Shown: positions 10,326 to 20,671, counted from the first letter of the stretch. The stretch: DNA of 64,000 bases from Bacteroidia bacterium (GCA_040882555.1 JBBEBC010000141.1:1644-65643), one strand, 5' to 3'. The notes: generated from the sequence alone by a model not told the origin. Numbers and translations: made by a program.

Positions 10326-11188
10326 TTTTCGCTAATTAGTTTGATAAGATATTCACCATAACCACTTTTACGGAGAGGTTCGGCTAATGAAAGCAATTGC
10401 TCATCGCTAAGAAATTTATTTCGCCAAGCAATCTCCTCAATACAACCAATATTTAAACCTTGTCGTTCTTGAATTACCTGGACAAATTGTCCCGCCTGCA
10501 TCAAAGAATCGAATGTTCCGGTATCAAGCCAAGCGGTACCTCTATCAAGGACTCCAACTTTCAATTTACCTTCAGCTAAATAATGTTTGTTCACATCGGT
10601 AATTTCGTATTCTCCTCTAGCACTGGGCTTTAGGTTTCTAGCAATTTCTACAACTGAATTATCGTAGAAATAAAGACCAGGTACTGCATAATTTGATTTT
10701 GGCTTTGCTGGCTTTTCCTCAATAGAAACAGCTTTCATGTTTTCATCAAACTCAACAACACCATATCGTTCGGGATCAGACACGTGATATGCGTAAACTA
10801 CTCCCCCGTCAGGGTCATTATTTTCTTTCAGCAACTTGGTCATGCCCGAGCCGTAGAAAATATTATCTCCAAGCACTAAAGCACATTTATCATTTCCTAT
10901 AAAGTCGGCACCAATAACGAAGGCCTGAGCTAGTCCATTGGGAACAGATTGTTCGGCATAGCTGAATTCCATTCCTAAATTTTTTCCGTCGCCCAGAAGC
11001 TTTTTAAAATGAGGAAGGTCATGTGGAGTTGAAATAATAAGTACTTCTCTTATGCCCGCAAGCATCAAAGTAGAGAGAGGGTAATAAACCATCGGCTTAT
11101 CATAAACCGGCATCAACTGCTTGCTAACAGCAAGAGTTAAAGGATGCAAACGAGTTCCTGAGCCTCCAGCGAGAATGATACCTTTCAT
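10322..11188 (-). CDS. rfbA: glucose-1-phosphate thymidylyltransferase
   Basis: The N-terminus [18 protein letters not shown] is the RmlA/RfbA signature, and the protein is 288 aa. Confidence 0.85.
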   Translation of the reverse strand: MKGIILAGGSGTRLHPLTLAVSKQLMPVYDKPMVYYPLSTLMLAGIREVLIISTPHDLPHFKKLLGDGKNLGMEFSYAEQSVPNGLAQAFVIGADFIGNDKCALVLGDNIFYGSGMTKLLKENNDPDGGVVYAYHVSDPERYGVVEFDENMKAVSIEEKPAKPKSNYAVPGLYFYDNSVVEIARNLKPSARGEYEITDVNKHYLAEGKLKVGVLDRGTAWLDTGTFDSLMQAGQFVQVIQERQGLNIGCIEEIAWRNKFLSDEQLLSLAEPLRKSGYGEYLIKLISEK

Positions 11189-13627
11189 TTATTCGTTGGT
11201 TTCGTTAGTGTTTGATTCTTTTCTGATGGTAAGACTATCGAGATCGATATCTTCTTCTTCATCATAAACAGCAATAAGCGGTTCCTTATAGGATTTAATA
11301 GTAAAAGCTCTATCCATTGAAAGGAGAAGAGTAGGTAGCAGCAACAAATTGGTAAATAATCCTACGAAAATTGTCACCGAAATAAGGAATCCAAGGGCAA
11401 TGGTTCCTCCGAAAGAGGAGAAAAGGAAAATACTAAAGCCCAGCAACAGAATGATTGAAGTATAAATAATGCTAATACTCGTATCTCTCATGGAAGCAAT
11501 TACTGCTGGTTTAATTTGGTTGTTGTAAGTCTTTAAATCTAAGCCATACCTTGAAAAGTAGTGAATAGCAGAATCTACAGTGATTCCGTAGGCAATATTA
11601 AACACTAGAATAGTTGAGGATTTCAGTGAGATTCCATAAAAGCCCATTAAACCTGCAGTGAAAATCAAGGGAATTATGTTCGGAATAACAGAAACCAACA
11701 ACATTCTCATTGAATAGAACATGAAATACATGAGGCCTGAAATCAAGAAGATTGCAGCAATTAGACTCATCATTAAATTATCTACGAGATAATCTGTACC
11801 CTTGAGAAATACGAGCGAGGTGCCCGTCAGTTTCACCTCATACTTTTCAGGGTTAAAGATTGAATCAATCTTTGGTCTCACATCATCTCTAATTCTTTGC
11901 ATTTCGATGGTGCCGATATCGGCCATCTGAACGCTTATGCGGGTAAACTGCCTAGTGCTGTCGATGAAAGAACTGGTGCTGCTACCTTTAAGGTCCATGT
12001 TCTGCGCATAGGGCAAAAGAAAGGCAACTTCCTCATTTGTAGGCAATGAATAAAATGTAGAATCCCCGTTATAGAATCCTTGTTTAGCAAATTTTATAAC
12101 CTCTGCAATCGACAAGGCTTTCGAGAATTCAGGATATTTTCTGAGGACAGTTTGCAGTTCATCAATTCTTCGAAGAGTTGACAACTTCATCACTCCATTC
12201 TTCTTTTTGGTATCAATGGTGATTTCGAATGGCATCACCCCGTGGAAGTTGGTTTCGAAGAATTTTAAGTCAACAATAAGTTTATCAGTATCAGGAATAT
12301 CATCTGTGAAATTACCTGTGGTTTTTATCATTGTCATTCCCCAGATACTAAAGCCGGCAATGACAAATGTAGCTGCGTATATTGCTTTCCGGTGGTTAGA
12401 AACAAGCATGATAAGGAACTCAACAACTCGATCCATGTACTTATTATCGAGGTGTTTTACTTGTTTTGCCTTTGGCGATGGGATGTATGAATAAGCAATT
12501 GGTAAGATGGTAATACTAAGCAAGAAAACCTGCATCACGTTTATAGAAGAAAGGATTCCAAACTCCTTTAAAATATCACTTCTAACAAATGCAAATGTTA
12601 CGAAACCTAGTGCTGTATTGAAATTGGTAAGGAAGGTAGCGTTTCCGATTCTCTGAACAACACGGGCTATAGCTTTAATCTTATTACCGTGACCCCGATA
12701 TTCTCTGTGGAAATTATTGGTTAGAAAGATGCAATTGGGTATTCCAATAATGACAATCAGCGGAGGAATAAGTGCTGTTAAGATGGTGATTTGATAACCT
12801 AGCAGAACCATTGTTCCCATTACCCAAACAACACTTATGGCTACCACTAAAAGTGGGAAGATAATAGCTTTAAATGACCTAAAAAACAGTAGTAAAACGA
12901 GGGCCGTTATGGCTAAAGACATCCAGAGGAACATGCCAAGTTCACCTTTTAGCTTTTCTGCGTTAACGGTTCTAATGTAGGGCAGACCTGAGTAATGAAT
13001 GCTCACATTATGCTTAGCGGCAAACTTATCAGTGAATGAAACCAAGTGGTCTATCAGTTCCTTTCGACCTTTTCGGTCAATGCTTTTTTGATCCATGGTA
13101 ATAAGCATTACCGTGGCATATGCACCTGACTTAGTCTTTGTTATAAGAAGTTCGTCGTAGAATTTAAGAGAGAGTATTACATCCCTTAATGAATCCATTT
13201 CTGCCTGATTGGCAGGAAGTTTTTTCATTATCGGATTCACATTGAACTTCTGCAGTTCATCATTCCTTTCCAGATTATAAATTCCGGCTATAGAAAGAAC
13301 ATTTTTAACTTCAGGAATAACTTTGATAGAATCTGAAGCTAAGGCCCAGTCACTAAAAACGTCTTTTTCGAAAAGTTTATCTGATTCGATACCAATAACT
13401 AAAAGATTCCCATCCTCGCCAAAGAGGCGATTAAATTCAACATAGTTTTGATATTCGGGATCGTCTTCCGGAAGCAGTTGAGCCAGAGTATAAGTCATCT
13501 CTGCCTTGCTGCCAAAATACCCCATAATAACCGTTAAAACGCCAATAACAATAAGTATTGGCAACCTGTAACGTAAAATAATACGGGATAAATAAGCCCA
13601 CATGCTCTTCAAACAATTTAGCAACAA
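11189..13627 (-). CDS. MMPL/RND-superfamily transporter (12-TM, two large periplasmic loops)
   Basis: An 812-aa protein with two blocks of about 6 TM helices separated by soluble domains, the MMPL/HpnN-like architecture. It is the first gene of the minus-strand operon with rfbA, the epimerase and the polyprenyl synthase. Confidence 0.7.
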   Translation of the reverse strand: MLLNCLKSMWAYLSRIILRYRLPILIVIGVLTVIMGYFGSKAEMTYTLAQLLPEDDPEYQNYVEFNRLFGEDGNLLVIGIESDKLFEKDVFSDWALASDSIKVIPEVKNVLSIAGIYNLERNDELQKFNVNPIMKKLPANQAEMDSLRDVILSLKFYDELLITKTKSGAYATVMLITMDQKSIDRKGRKELIDHLVSFTDKFAAKHNVSIHYSGLPYIRTVNAEKLKGELGMFLWMSLAITALVLLLFFRSFKAIIFPLLVVAISVVWVMGTMVLLGYQITILTALIPPLIVIIGIPNCIFLTNNFHREYRGHGNKIKAIARVVQRIGNATFLTNFNTALGFVTFAFVRSDILKEFGILSSINVMQVFLLSITILPIAYSYIPSPKAKQVKHLDNKYMDRVVEFLIMLVSNHRKAIYAATFVIAGFSIWGMTMIKTTGNFTDDIPDTDKLIVDLKFFETNFHGVMPFEITIDTKKKNGVMKLSTLRRIDELQTVLRKYPEFSKALSIAEVIKFAKQGFYNGDSTFYSLPTNEEVAFLLPYAQNMDLKGSSTSSFIDSTRQFTRISVQMADIGTIEMQRIRDDVRPKIDSIFNPEKYEVKLTGTSLVFLKGTDYLVDNLMMSLIAAIFLISGLMYFMFYSMRMLLVSVIPNIIPLIFTAGLMGFYGISLKSSTILVFNIAYGITVDSAIHYFSRYGLDLKTYNNQIKPAVIASMRDTSISIIYTSIILLLGFSIFLFSSFGGTIALGFLISVTIFVGLFTNLLLLPTLLLSMDRAFTIKSYKEPLIAVYDEEEDIDLDSLTIRKESNTNETNE

Positions 13628-13739
13628 TTACATGAACTGCTAAGATGCACTTCTGTAAGTCGGCGAAGGTAGGAAAAAGAGGTGGAATCCGTTTGAAAAT
13701 GACTTCGGTATTTCATTCAATTCTCATCACGTTCAAGAC

Positions 13740-14192
13740 TTATTTTCTAGAAAATATAATGAAATCAGTAGCAAGCGGAGGATGTCCTGATTCTCTAGTG
13801 ATTCTGGCGACTTGTCCTCTATGATAAGAACCATGATTCACCATGTGGGTAATGAGCTCTGCAAGTGAATTTGAAAATTCTTCCCCAGCAAAGTTTGTAT
13901 ACTTGATAATCATGCCGTTAGGCTCATTTCGATGAATGAGACCTGACCAGAGTTGGTGAAGAGATTCATTGCATTTTACAAGGTTCTCTTTGTTTTCCTT
14001 TTTGAAGAGGTCTTTGGTAGAAGGTATTTCTTGAGCTCTGTTATACCAAACTTGCTTAGCGCCAAGGATGTGGCTCATTATTTCAAGAATGGAATCAGGG
14101 ATAGCTTGTTCGAAAGGTTGCAAAGCCTCAAAAACCCTATTGTTAGCCCAAAGGTCATATTGAAGAAGCGATTCGGCATAAGATGGACTCAT
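13740..14192 (-). CDS. DinB/YfiT-family protein (putative metal-dependent hydrolase)
   Basis: Contains DLWANNRVFEAL and HMVNHGSYHRGQ, the DinB_2-family His triad. Confidence 0.7.
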   Translation of the reverse strand: MSPSYAESLLQYDLWANNRVFEALQPFEQAIPDSILEIMSHILGAKQVWYNRAQEIPSTKDLFKKENKENLVKCNESLHQLWSGLIHRNEPNGMIIKYTNFAGEEFSNSLAELITHMVNHGSYHRGQVARITRESGHPPLATDFIIFSRK

Positions 14193-14227
14193 GCTGTAAA
14201 TTTAATATCCCCAATGTTAAGCCGAAA

Positions 14228-15793
14228 TTAAAGTTTTATCTCTTCGTCCTGATTATTGAGGAAGTGATATTCATTAATGTGATAGTTGAGGTTGGATCTA
14301 ACCTGTATCCATTTTTTGTACTTGAAATACCACTTCATTCTAATAGAAGGAAATCCCTTTTTAATGTAAGCATCAATGAATGGGTTCACCCAGAGGCTTA
14401 CTGATTTCTCATTTTGTTCTTTGAGAATATATCTTAAGGTATTCTCTATTTCATCAGTGATGAGAATAGAAGGCTGAATTTCACCAGTTCCATTACAAGT
14501 TGGGCACTTCTCGAGTGTTTCAATAACTAATTCTGGCCTAACTCTTTGACGAGTAATCTGGATTAAGCCAAATTTACTTGGAGGAAGTATGGTATGTTTA
14601 GCCCTATCCTGAGCCATACCTTCTTTCAGTTTATCGAAAAGAATTTTACGATTTCCAGCAGAATGCATATCGATAAAATCAATAACTATGATTCCACCCA
14701 TATCGCGTAACCTAAGTTGGCGTGCTATTTCACTTGCCGCCTCAAGATTGCAATCTAAAGCATTCGTTTCCTGGTCATTATCTGAACGTGAACGATGTCC
14801 TGAGTTTACATCAATCACGTGCATAGCTTCGGTATGCTGAACAATTAAGTAAGCCCCACTTTTCATGCTCACATTTTGACCGAACGCTGCTTTTATCTGG
14901 CGATCAATACCATAGGCCTCAAAGACATCCTCTTTCCCTTTGTGAAGCTTAACAATCTTTTCTTTGTCGGGAGCAATATGAGCGATGTAATTCTTTACCT
15001 CATTGTAAATGGTTTGATCATCAACAATAATACTGTTGAATGAATCATTCAAAATATCTCTTAGAAGAGCAGAAGTCCTCTTGATTTCACCAAGAACTTT
15101 CGTTTTGGGTTGAGCCTTTTGCAGGTTATTTACAAGAGTATCCCATCTTTCAACTAGTTCATTTAAATCCTGATCTAGCTCTGCAACTTTTTTATTAGCA
15201 GCTACTGTTCTTATAATAACACCGAAACCCTTCGGGCGGATGCTCATAATAAGGCGCTTAAGTCTATTTCTTTCTTCTGATTCTTTAATCTTTTGCGAGA
15301 TTGAAATCTTATCAGAGAAAGGAACAAGCACCAAATACCTTCCGGCTAAGGAAAGCTCAGAGCTAATTCGAGGACCTTTTGTTGAGATAGGTTCTTTTGC
15401 AATCTGGACAAGCATCGGCATGCTATTTTGCAGCACATCGATAATTTTTCCGTCTTTGCGGATATCATTATCCATGTTAAACTCAGCAAGTCGGGTGGCG
15501 GGTGCCTTTCCGGTGAGGCCGAGTTTCATATATTTAATGAGCGACTGAACCTGTGGCCCAAGATCTAGGTAATGAAGAAAGGCATCCTTTTCATAACCAA
15601 CATCTACAAATGCAGCGTTGAGTCCAGGCATAACTTTCTTCACGCGACCTAAATAGATATCTCCAACCGCAAAAGAGACATTACTTTTTTCACGGTTCAA
15701 CTCTATCAGTCGGCGATCCTCCAGCTGTGCAATGATAACATCGTTGCCAGAGGCATTGATGATTAGTTCTTTGTTCACGTATTTTATTTTCAT
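14228..15793 (-). CDS. rng: ribonuclease G/E family endoribonuclease
   Basis: An N-terminal S1 domain (GDIYLGRVKKVMPGLNAAFVDVG) and the RNase E/G catalytic core; 521 aa. Confidence 0.85.
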   Translation of the reverse strand: MKIKYVNKELIINASGNDVIIAQLEDRRLIELNREKSNVSFAVGDIYLGRVKKVMPGLNAAFVDVGYEKDAFLHYLDLGPQVQSLIKYMKLGLTGKAPATRLAEFNMDNDIRKDGKIIDVLQNSMPMLVQIAKEPISTKGPRISSELSLAGRYLVLVPFSDKISISQKIKESEERNRLKRLIMSIRPKGFGVIIRTVAANKKVAELDQDLNELVERWDTLVNNLQKAQPKTKVLGEIKRTSALLRDILNDSFNSIIVDDQTIYNEVKNYIAHIAPDKEKIVKLHKGKEDVFEAYGIDRQIKAAFGQNVSMKSGAYLIVQHTEAMHVIDVNSGHRSRSDNDQETNALDCNLEAASEIARQLRLRDMGGIIVIDFIDMHSAGNRKILFDKLKEGMAQDRAKHTILPPSKFGLIQITRQRVRPELVIETLEKCPTCNGTGEIQPSILITDEIENTLRYILKEQNEKSVSLWVNPFIDAYIKKGFPSIRMKWYFKYKKWIQVRSNLNYHINEYHFLNNQDEEIKL

Positions 15794-15933
15794 CCCACGC
15801 AGGGGTAAACGCCAAAAGGCACATCAAGGACATGCCCGGTGGGTTTTTCCCGCGAGAATAATGAAACGGAACGGTTGATAATCTGAATAATTGGAAAGTG
15901 TTTTCCCTAAAGCTTCAGACTATCTGCCGCAGC

Positions 15934-16023
15934 TTACTTCTTCTTGTGACGATTCTTACGCAGACGCTTCTTGCGCTTGTGCGTGGCCATTTTATGACGC
16001 TTTCTTTTCTTACCGCTTGGCAT
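15934..16023 (-). CDS. 29-aa highly basic protein, probable ribosomal protein bS22 (AURKAIP1/COX24-like)
   Basis: A reverse-strand ORF, ATG 16021-16023 to TAA 15934-15936, missing from the ORF track. Translation: MPSGKKRKRHKMATHKRKKRLRKNRHKKK. Its pattern resembles mycobacterial bS22 ([33 protein letters not shown]) and bS22 reported in Flavobacterium ribosomes. It lies between the TPR gene and rng on the same strand. Confidence 0.6.
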   Translation of the reverse strand: MPSGKKRKRHKMATHKRKKRLRKNRHKKK

Positions 16024-16035
16024 AATGAATAATTT

Positions 16036-16869
16036 TTAAAGTTTTGTATTAAGTTCAATTTGTCCGATTCTTCTTTCAGTTTCCTGAATTAACAAAGTAT
16101 CTGACGAAATATTTTTTATTTCTCTTAGTTCCTTTAGAGCCTCCTCGTTTTTCCCTTGAGCTTGCATGGCTTCAGCAAGATATAATCTCACTTCAGCTAA
16201 GTCAGGTTTCAAACCAATAACGGTTTTAAATCTTTCTTCTGCTTTATCATACTGCCCACTTTGCATAGAGAAAAACCCTAGATTAAGCTGAGCATCAACA
16301 TTTCCGGGTTCTGCTGCAACTACTTCTCTTAGCAGAAAAATACCTTTCATAGGTTCTTTTCCTCCTTCAACATAAGCAGCTCCAAGCATAGTTTTGGTTT
16401 CATTGTTTCCTGGCTTGAGTTCATTTGCTTTTTCAAGGCAAATACTTGCTCTATCATTTAAAGCAACTTTGTCTTCTCCCTGAAAAAACCTTGAAATACC
16501 AAGGTATCTCTTACCTGCAAGAAACCAGTCGTCTGCATTATTGGTTATCTCTGCTTTTCTGTAAACATATTCAGCAGCGATTCCCGGACGCATTTGACGA
16601 TCCCATGCCGAAGACAATGAATCTAACCAGGTCGATTTGGCTATGCCGGTTGCTTGTTCCAACCGGCTTTCAAAGAACTCAATGCCAGCAAGTGCTGGAG
16701 CATCCATTGATTTTTTAACCGACTCCAACTGCTCGTTAAATGCAGTTTGGTCCTCGGTAGCCGCAGTTACTGGTACATTCTTTTCAGACTTTCCTACCCT
16801 AGGGGCAAGAAAAATAGCCGTTCCAACAAGGACACAAGCTATAATGACCGACAGCTGACGGATATTCAT
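16036..16869 (-). CDS. tetratricopeptide-repeat protein with N-terminal signal/anchor
   Basis: A hydrophobic N-terminus and repeated A-x-x-Y/L...G..-x-A TPR-like helices (LAEAMQAQGKNEEALKEL...). Confidence 0.6.
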   Translation of the reverse strand: MNIRQLSVIIACVLVGTAIFLAPRVGKSEKNVPVTAATEDQTAFNEQLESVKKSMDAPALAGIEFFESRLEQATGIAKSTWLDSLSSAWDRQMRPGIAAEYVYRKAEITNNADDWFLAGKRYLGISRFFQGEDKVALNDRASICLEKANELKPGNNETKTMLGAAYVEGGKEPMKGIFLLREVVAAEPGNVDAQLNLGFFSMQSGQYDKAEERFKTVIGLKPDLAEVRLYLAEAMQAQGKNEEALKELREIKNISSDTLLIQETERRIGQIELNTKL

Positions 16870-16875
16870 TTTTTA

Positions 16876-17163
16876 TTAGGCCTTAACAGACTTTTTCACT
16901 TTATCGCTGAAAGTCTTAGCTGGCTTAAATGAAGGAATGAAGTGCTCAGGAATAACAATCGTAGTATTCTTAGAAATATTACGTCCTTTCTTAGTTGCAC
17001 GTTTCTTTACAATAAAGCTACCGAAACCACGGAGATAAACATTTTTTCCTGATGAAAGATTTGTCTTAACGCTTTTCATAAACGCTTCAACAGTTGCTTG
17101 TACAGTTACTTTTTCAATTCCTGTCTTTTCTGCGATTTCTGTAACAATTTCAGCTTTGGTCAT
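16876..17163 (-). CDS. HU family DNA-binding protein
   Basis: MTKAEIVTEIAEKTGIEKVTVQATVEAF...GFGSF, the HU/IHF fold signature; 95 aa. Confidence 0.85.
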   Translation of the reverse strand: MTKAEIVTEIAEKTGIEKVTVQATVEAFMKSVKTNLSSGKNVYLRGFGSFIVKKRATKKGRNISKNTTIVIPEHFIPSFKPAKTFSDKVKKSVKA

Positions 17164-17312
17164 TGCTGTTTGGATTTTAAAAGATTTATAAAGAGTATAG
17201 TTTTTTGTTAATGTGGCTGTTAGCGTCTTGAAAACGGGGGTGCAAAGATATTAGTTTTCTTTTCAAACGAAAATGTTTTTTACAATTCATTGAATCGCCT
17301 ATTATTGCTACA

Positions 17313-18371
17313 ATGGATTTGCCTTTTCATCCCTTCTCAGAAATTATTCTCCAATGGTATTCCCAAAACAAGCGCGTTTTGCCATGGAGAAATAATAAGA
17401 ATCCTTACTCGGTTTGGCTCTCAGAAATAATTCTTCAACAGACCCGCATTGAACAAGGATTGAGTTATTATTTGAAATTCCTTGAAGCATTTCCAAAGGT
17501 AGAAGATCTAGCGAACGCTGATGAAGATCTTGTTATGAGTCTTTGGCAAGGATTAGGATATTATTCAAGAGCTCGAAACTTGCATGCAGCTGCAAAAATG
17601 GTCGTGAATGACTTTAAAGGAAATTTTCCTGATTCGTATGATGATTTAAGAAAGTTGCCTGGCGTTGGACCGTATACTGCTTCTGCAATTGCTTCTATTT
17701 CATTTCAACTTCCTCATGCAGTGGTAGATGGCAATGTTTATAGGTTGCTTTCAAGATACTTCAATATTTCTACTCCTATTGATTCAGGAGCTGGTGTGAG
17801 GCAGTTTTTTGAATTGGCCAATGAATTAATTCCTCATTCTAAGCCTGGAGATTTTAATCAAGCCATGATGGATTTTGGCTCTTTGGTTTGTAAGCCAGCA
17901 AATCCTAAGTGTGTTAATTGTCCGCTAAACGCGGGATGTCTTGGCTTGAAGAGTAAGCAAGTAGATATGCTACCAATCAAAAGGGGAAAGACGAAAGTCT
18001 CTAAGCGATATTTCGTTTACTTAATTCTAAAAGATGATAATCTAAATACACTTGTTCGTAAAAGAGGTCCCAAAGATATTTGGGAAGGTTTATTTGAATT
18101 TCCTTTGATTGAATTGCAAACGGAAGAAGAGTTCAATCATTTTCAAGACTCTCTTGACTACCAAGAATTTATTAGTCATCAAAAGGCTGATTTATTGAAA
18201 ATTCACAAACCTGTTAAACATGTTTTAAGTCACAGGCACTTGTTTGTGGTATTTGCTGAATTAGCATGCAGAAAAGTAAAATCATTCAGCTCTTATGAGC
18301 CTAAGAAATATGAAAACTTAAGTAAAATTGGTATGCCTAGAGTAATTACTCGTTTTCTAGAAAACGAGTAA
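17313..18371 (+). CDS. mutY: A/G-specific adenine DNA glycosylase
   Basis: An HhH-GPD domain (LPGVGPYTASAI), a [4Fe-4S] loop CKPANPKCVNCPLNAGC, and a C-terminal NUDIX-like domain. Confidence 0.85.
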   Translation: MDLPFHPFSEIILQWYSQNKRVLPWRNNKNPYSVWLSEIILQQTRIEQGLSYYLKFLEAFPKVEDLANADEDLVMSLWQGLGYYSRARNLHAAAKMVVNDFKGNFPDSYDDLRKLPGVGPYTASAIASISFQLPHAVVDGNVYRLLSRYFNISTPIDSGAGVRQFFELANELIPHSKPGDFNQAMMDFGSLVCKPANPKCVNCPLNAGCLGLKSKQVDMLPIKRGKTKVSKRYFVYLILKDDNLNTLVRKRGPKDIWEGLFEFPLIELQTEEEFNHFQDSLDYQEFISHQKADLLKIHKPVKHVLSHRHLFVVFAELACRKVKSFSSYEPKKYENLSKIGMPRVITRFLENE

Positions 18372-18373
18372 AA

Positions 18374-20110
18374 TTATTGAACTAGAATCTTTTTTGAATA
18401 GCCTTTGTCAGATACTATTGTATAAACTCCCGAATCTTTTAGTTTTAACAATGAGTTGCTAGAAGCACCTGATAAAACACATTGTCCTACAGAGTTATAA
18501 ATATTAAATGATGCGTTTGGTGTATTGCTGCTAATGCTAAACTCACCGTTGCTTGGGTTAGGATTAACAGAAAATTCTTCTTTTGTAAGCTGCTCAATAA
18601 TACCTGCCGATGTTATTTCAATGCTTCCTATCGTGTTTTCACAGCCATGAATGTCAATTACCCTGACCGAATAAACTCCATTAGAAGTAAATGTAAAGCT
18701 TGAATCTACAGCACCGTTAATTTCAACGCCATTCATGTACCATTGATAAGATACGGCATTAGGCGCAAATGAAATAAAGGTATTTGCATCTTGAATTAAA
18801 AAAGAACTGGCTTGAGAGTCGAGAATAAACTTCACAGAGAATAGATATTCGTTAAAAGAACTTATCTCTTTTGCATGAACTATAGTTATAAACTCAGTTT
18901 CAGAAATAGGAATAATCGAGTTTAACCGTGATACATATCCAGGAATATTGATTTCAGCTTCACCATTTTCGCCAAAACTACTTACTATTTCACCATCAAC
19001 ACTGAAGAGTGTGACCTTTCCGTTCTCTTCAAAATCAAGGCTATTACTTATTAGAAAGAAAGTTTCATCAGTATGTGAATACAAATAGCTTGAATTTATT
19101 AATGAATATGGCAGGCCGATTAGGTTAACGACTCCATTATCACCAAATGTTGAATCTAATAAGCCTTCATAAGTAAGCTTTATTAAGCTCGAATTGTCCT
19201 CGGAATTAGAAATTAAAGATATAAAGCCATTGTTATATTGGAGAACAGATTTAGTTTGAGCAGATCTACTTAAATCTACTTGATGCAAAAATTGATTTTC
19301 AGAGTTAGAATTTGTTATTACATCTCCATTTGTATCAAGGTTCACAGCGAAATAGTAATTTAGTCCAGCGCTAGTGTCTCTGCAATAGCCTGTTAATATT
19401 GAACCTCCATCATCTAAACCCAATAAATAGTTGTTTTGTGGGTTTACAAGATAACCTTCTAAAACATCATCAATTGAAACATATCCATAAGACCCATAAG
19501 TAGAATCGATTAATCCATTAAGCGTATACCGAGCTATGAAGTTAGGGTGTTCTACTACCTCATATCCTGTAGCTAGAAAGGTATTACTTGAATTAGCGGA
19601 GCAAATACTAGTCATAGTGCCAAAAGAGGGAGTGTCGAAATTAGAATGAAAGTTCAACTCGAACTCCTCATCAAATTCACCATTGACCATTTCTTTTTTA
19701 ATGACTGGATTATAGAAATAAGGATCTAAATCGCTTGATTCATATCCGACATACATGTCCAAGTAATGATCAAGAAGCCCTCCATTGCTTGGTGAAGCTT
19801 GATTAATCAATACACTAGCGCTATCCAGACACTTAGCTGAGGTGTAGTATTGCATTTTTTGAATGGTGATAAAGTCAAGACTAAAGCCAGCCATCATTCC
19901 ATAATGTTTAATTTGAAGATCATTTAAACCCGTTGCTGGCTCTAAGTATGAATTGATTGCGCAGTTTCTAGCATTTGAACTTATCTGTACTATTCCATTA
20001 TTGCCCCATAAAGAGTCAATTACAAGACTTTGTCCAAAGAGGGTATTTGGTATTGTTAATAGGCAAATAAGTAAAATTCCAATACATGATTTAGTTAAGA
20101 TTCTCTTCAT
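18374..20110 (-). CDS. secreted protein with T9SS C-terminal sorting domain (function unknown)
   Basis: A signal peptide is followed by Ser/Asn/Gly-rich beta-rich repeats. The C-terminal ~80 aa (...FSVNPNPSNGEFSI...GVYTIVSDKGYSKKILVQ) resemble a T9SS CTD. Confidence 0.7.
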   Translation of the reverse strand: MKRILTKSCIGILLICLLTIPNTLFGQSLVIDSLWGNNGIVQISSNARNCAINSYLEPATGLNDLQIKHYGMMAGFSLDFITIQKMQYYTSAKCLDSASVLINQASPSNGGLLDHYLDMYVGYESSDLDPYFYNPVIKKEMVNGEFDEEFELNFHSNFDTPSFGTMTSICSANSSNTFLATGYEVVEHPNFIARYTLNGLIDSTYGSYGYVSIDDVLEGYLVNPQNNYLLGLDDGGSILTGYCRDTSAGLNYYFAVNLDTNGDVITNSNSENQFLHQVDLSRSAQTKSVLQYNNGFISLISNSEDNSSLIKLTYEGLLDSTFGDNGVVNLIGLPYSLINSSYLYSHTDETFFLISNSLDFEENGKVTLFSVDGEIVSSFGENGEAEINIPGYVSRLNSIIPISETEFITIVHAKEISSFNEYLFSVKFILDSQASSFLIQDANTFISFAPNAVSYQWYMNGVEINGAVDSSFTFTSNGVYSVRVIDIHGCENTIGSIEITSAGIIEQLTKEEFSVNPNPSNGEFSISSNTPNASFNIYNSVGQCVLSGASSNSLLKLKDSGVYTIVSDKGYSKKILVQ

Positions 20111-20255
20111 TGCCAGTTTGGTATAGTTTGTTCTTTTAAAGTATTATAAAGATAGTTTATTTACTCTAAAAAACATTAAATCAGTATATTCTAGATTCTT
20201 AAAGATTTGATTACAAATGAGTGTATATTTGTTTAAAGCATTAAAAAACAAGCTT

Positions 20256-20648
20256 ATGGCAGGGGTGAATAAGGTTATTTTGATAGGCAATGTTGGCAAA
20301 GACCCTGAAGTGAAAGTATTGGATAATGGTGTTCGCGTTGCCAATTTCCCTCTAGCTACTACAGAGGTCTATAAGAAAGATGGCCAACGCTTCGAGCAAA
20401 CAGAATGGCACAATGTGGTACTTTGGAGAGGGCTTGCAGAAGTAACCGAGAAAATTGTTCGAAAAGGCGCATCAGTTTACATAGAAGGAAAACTCAAGTC
20501 AAGAACTTGGGAAGACAAGGATAAAGTTAAAAGGTATTCGGTTGAGGTAGTGGCAGATGTATTAACCATGCTTTCATCGAAAAGAGATGATCAGGGACTT
20601 GGTTCTGGGCATGAAACAAGTCATTTTCAAGATGATTCAGATAATTAA
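20256..20648 (+). CDS. ssb: single-stranded DNA-binding protein
   Basis: MAGVNKVILIGNVGKDPEV...WHNVVLWRGLAE OB-fold signature and an acidic C-terminal tail. The ORF-track start at 20217 adds a 13-aa extension, and the internal ATG at 20256 gives the canonical N-terminus. Confidence 0.85.
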   Translation: MAGVNKVILIGNVGKDPEVKVLDNGVRVANFPLATTEVYKKDGQRFEQTEWHNVVLWRGLAEVTEKIVRKGASVYIEGKLKSRTWEDKDKVKRYSVEVVADVLTMLSSKRDDQGLGSGHETSHFQDDSDN

Positions 20649-20671
20649 TTCTGAGTAACAACTTCGACATA

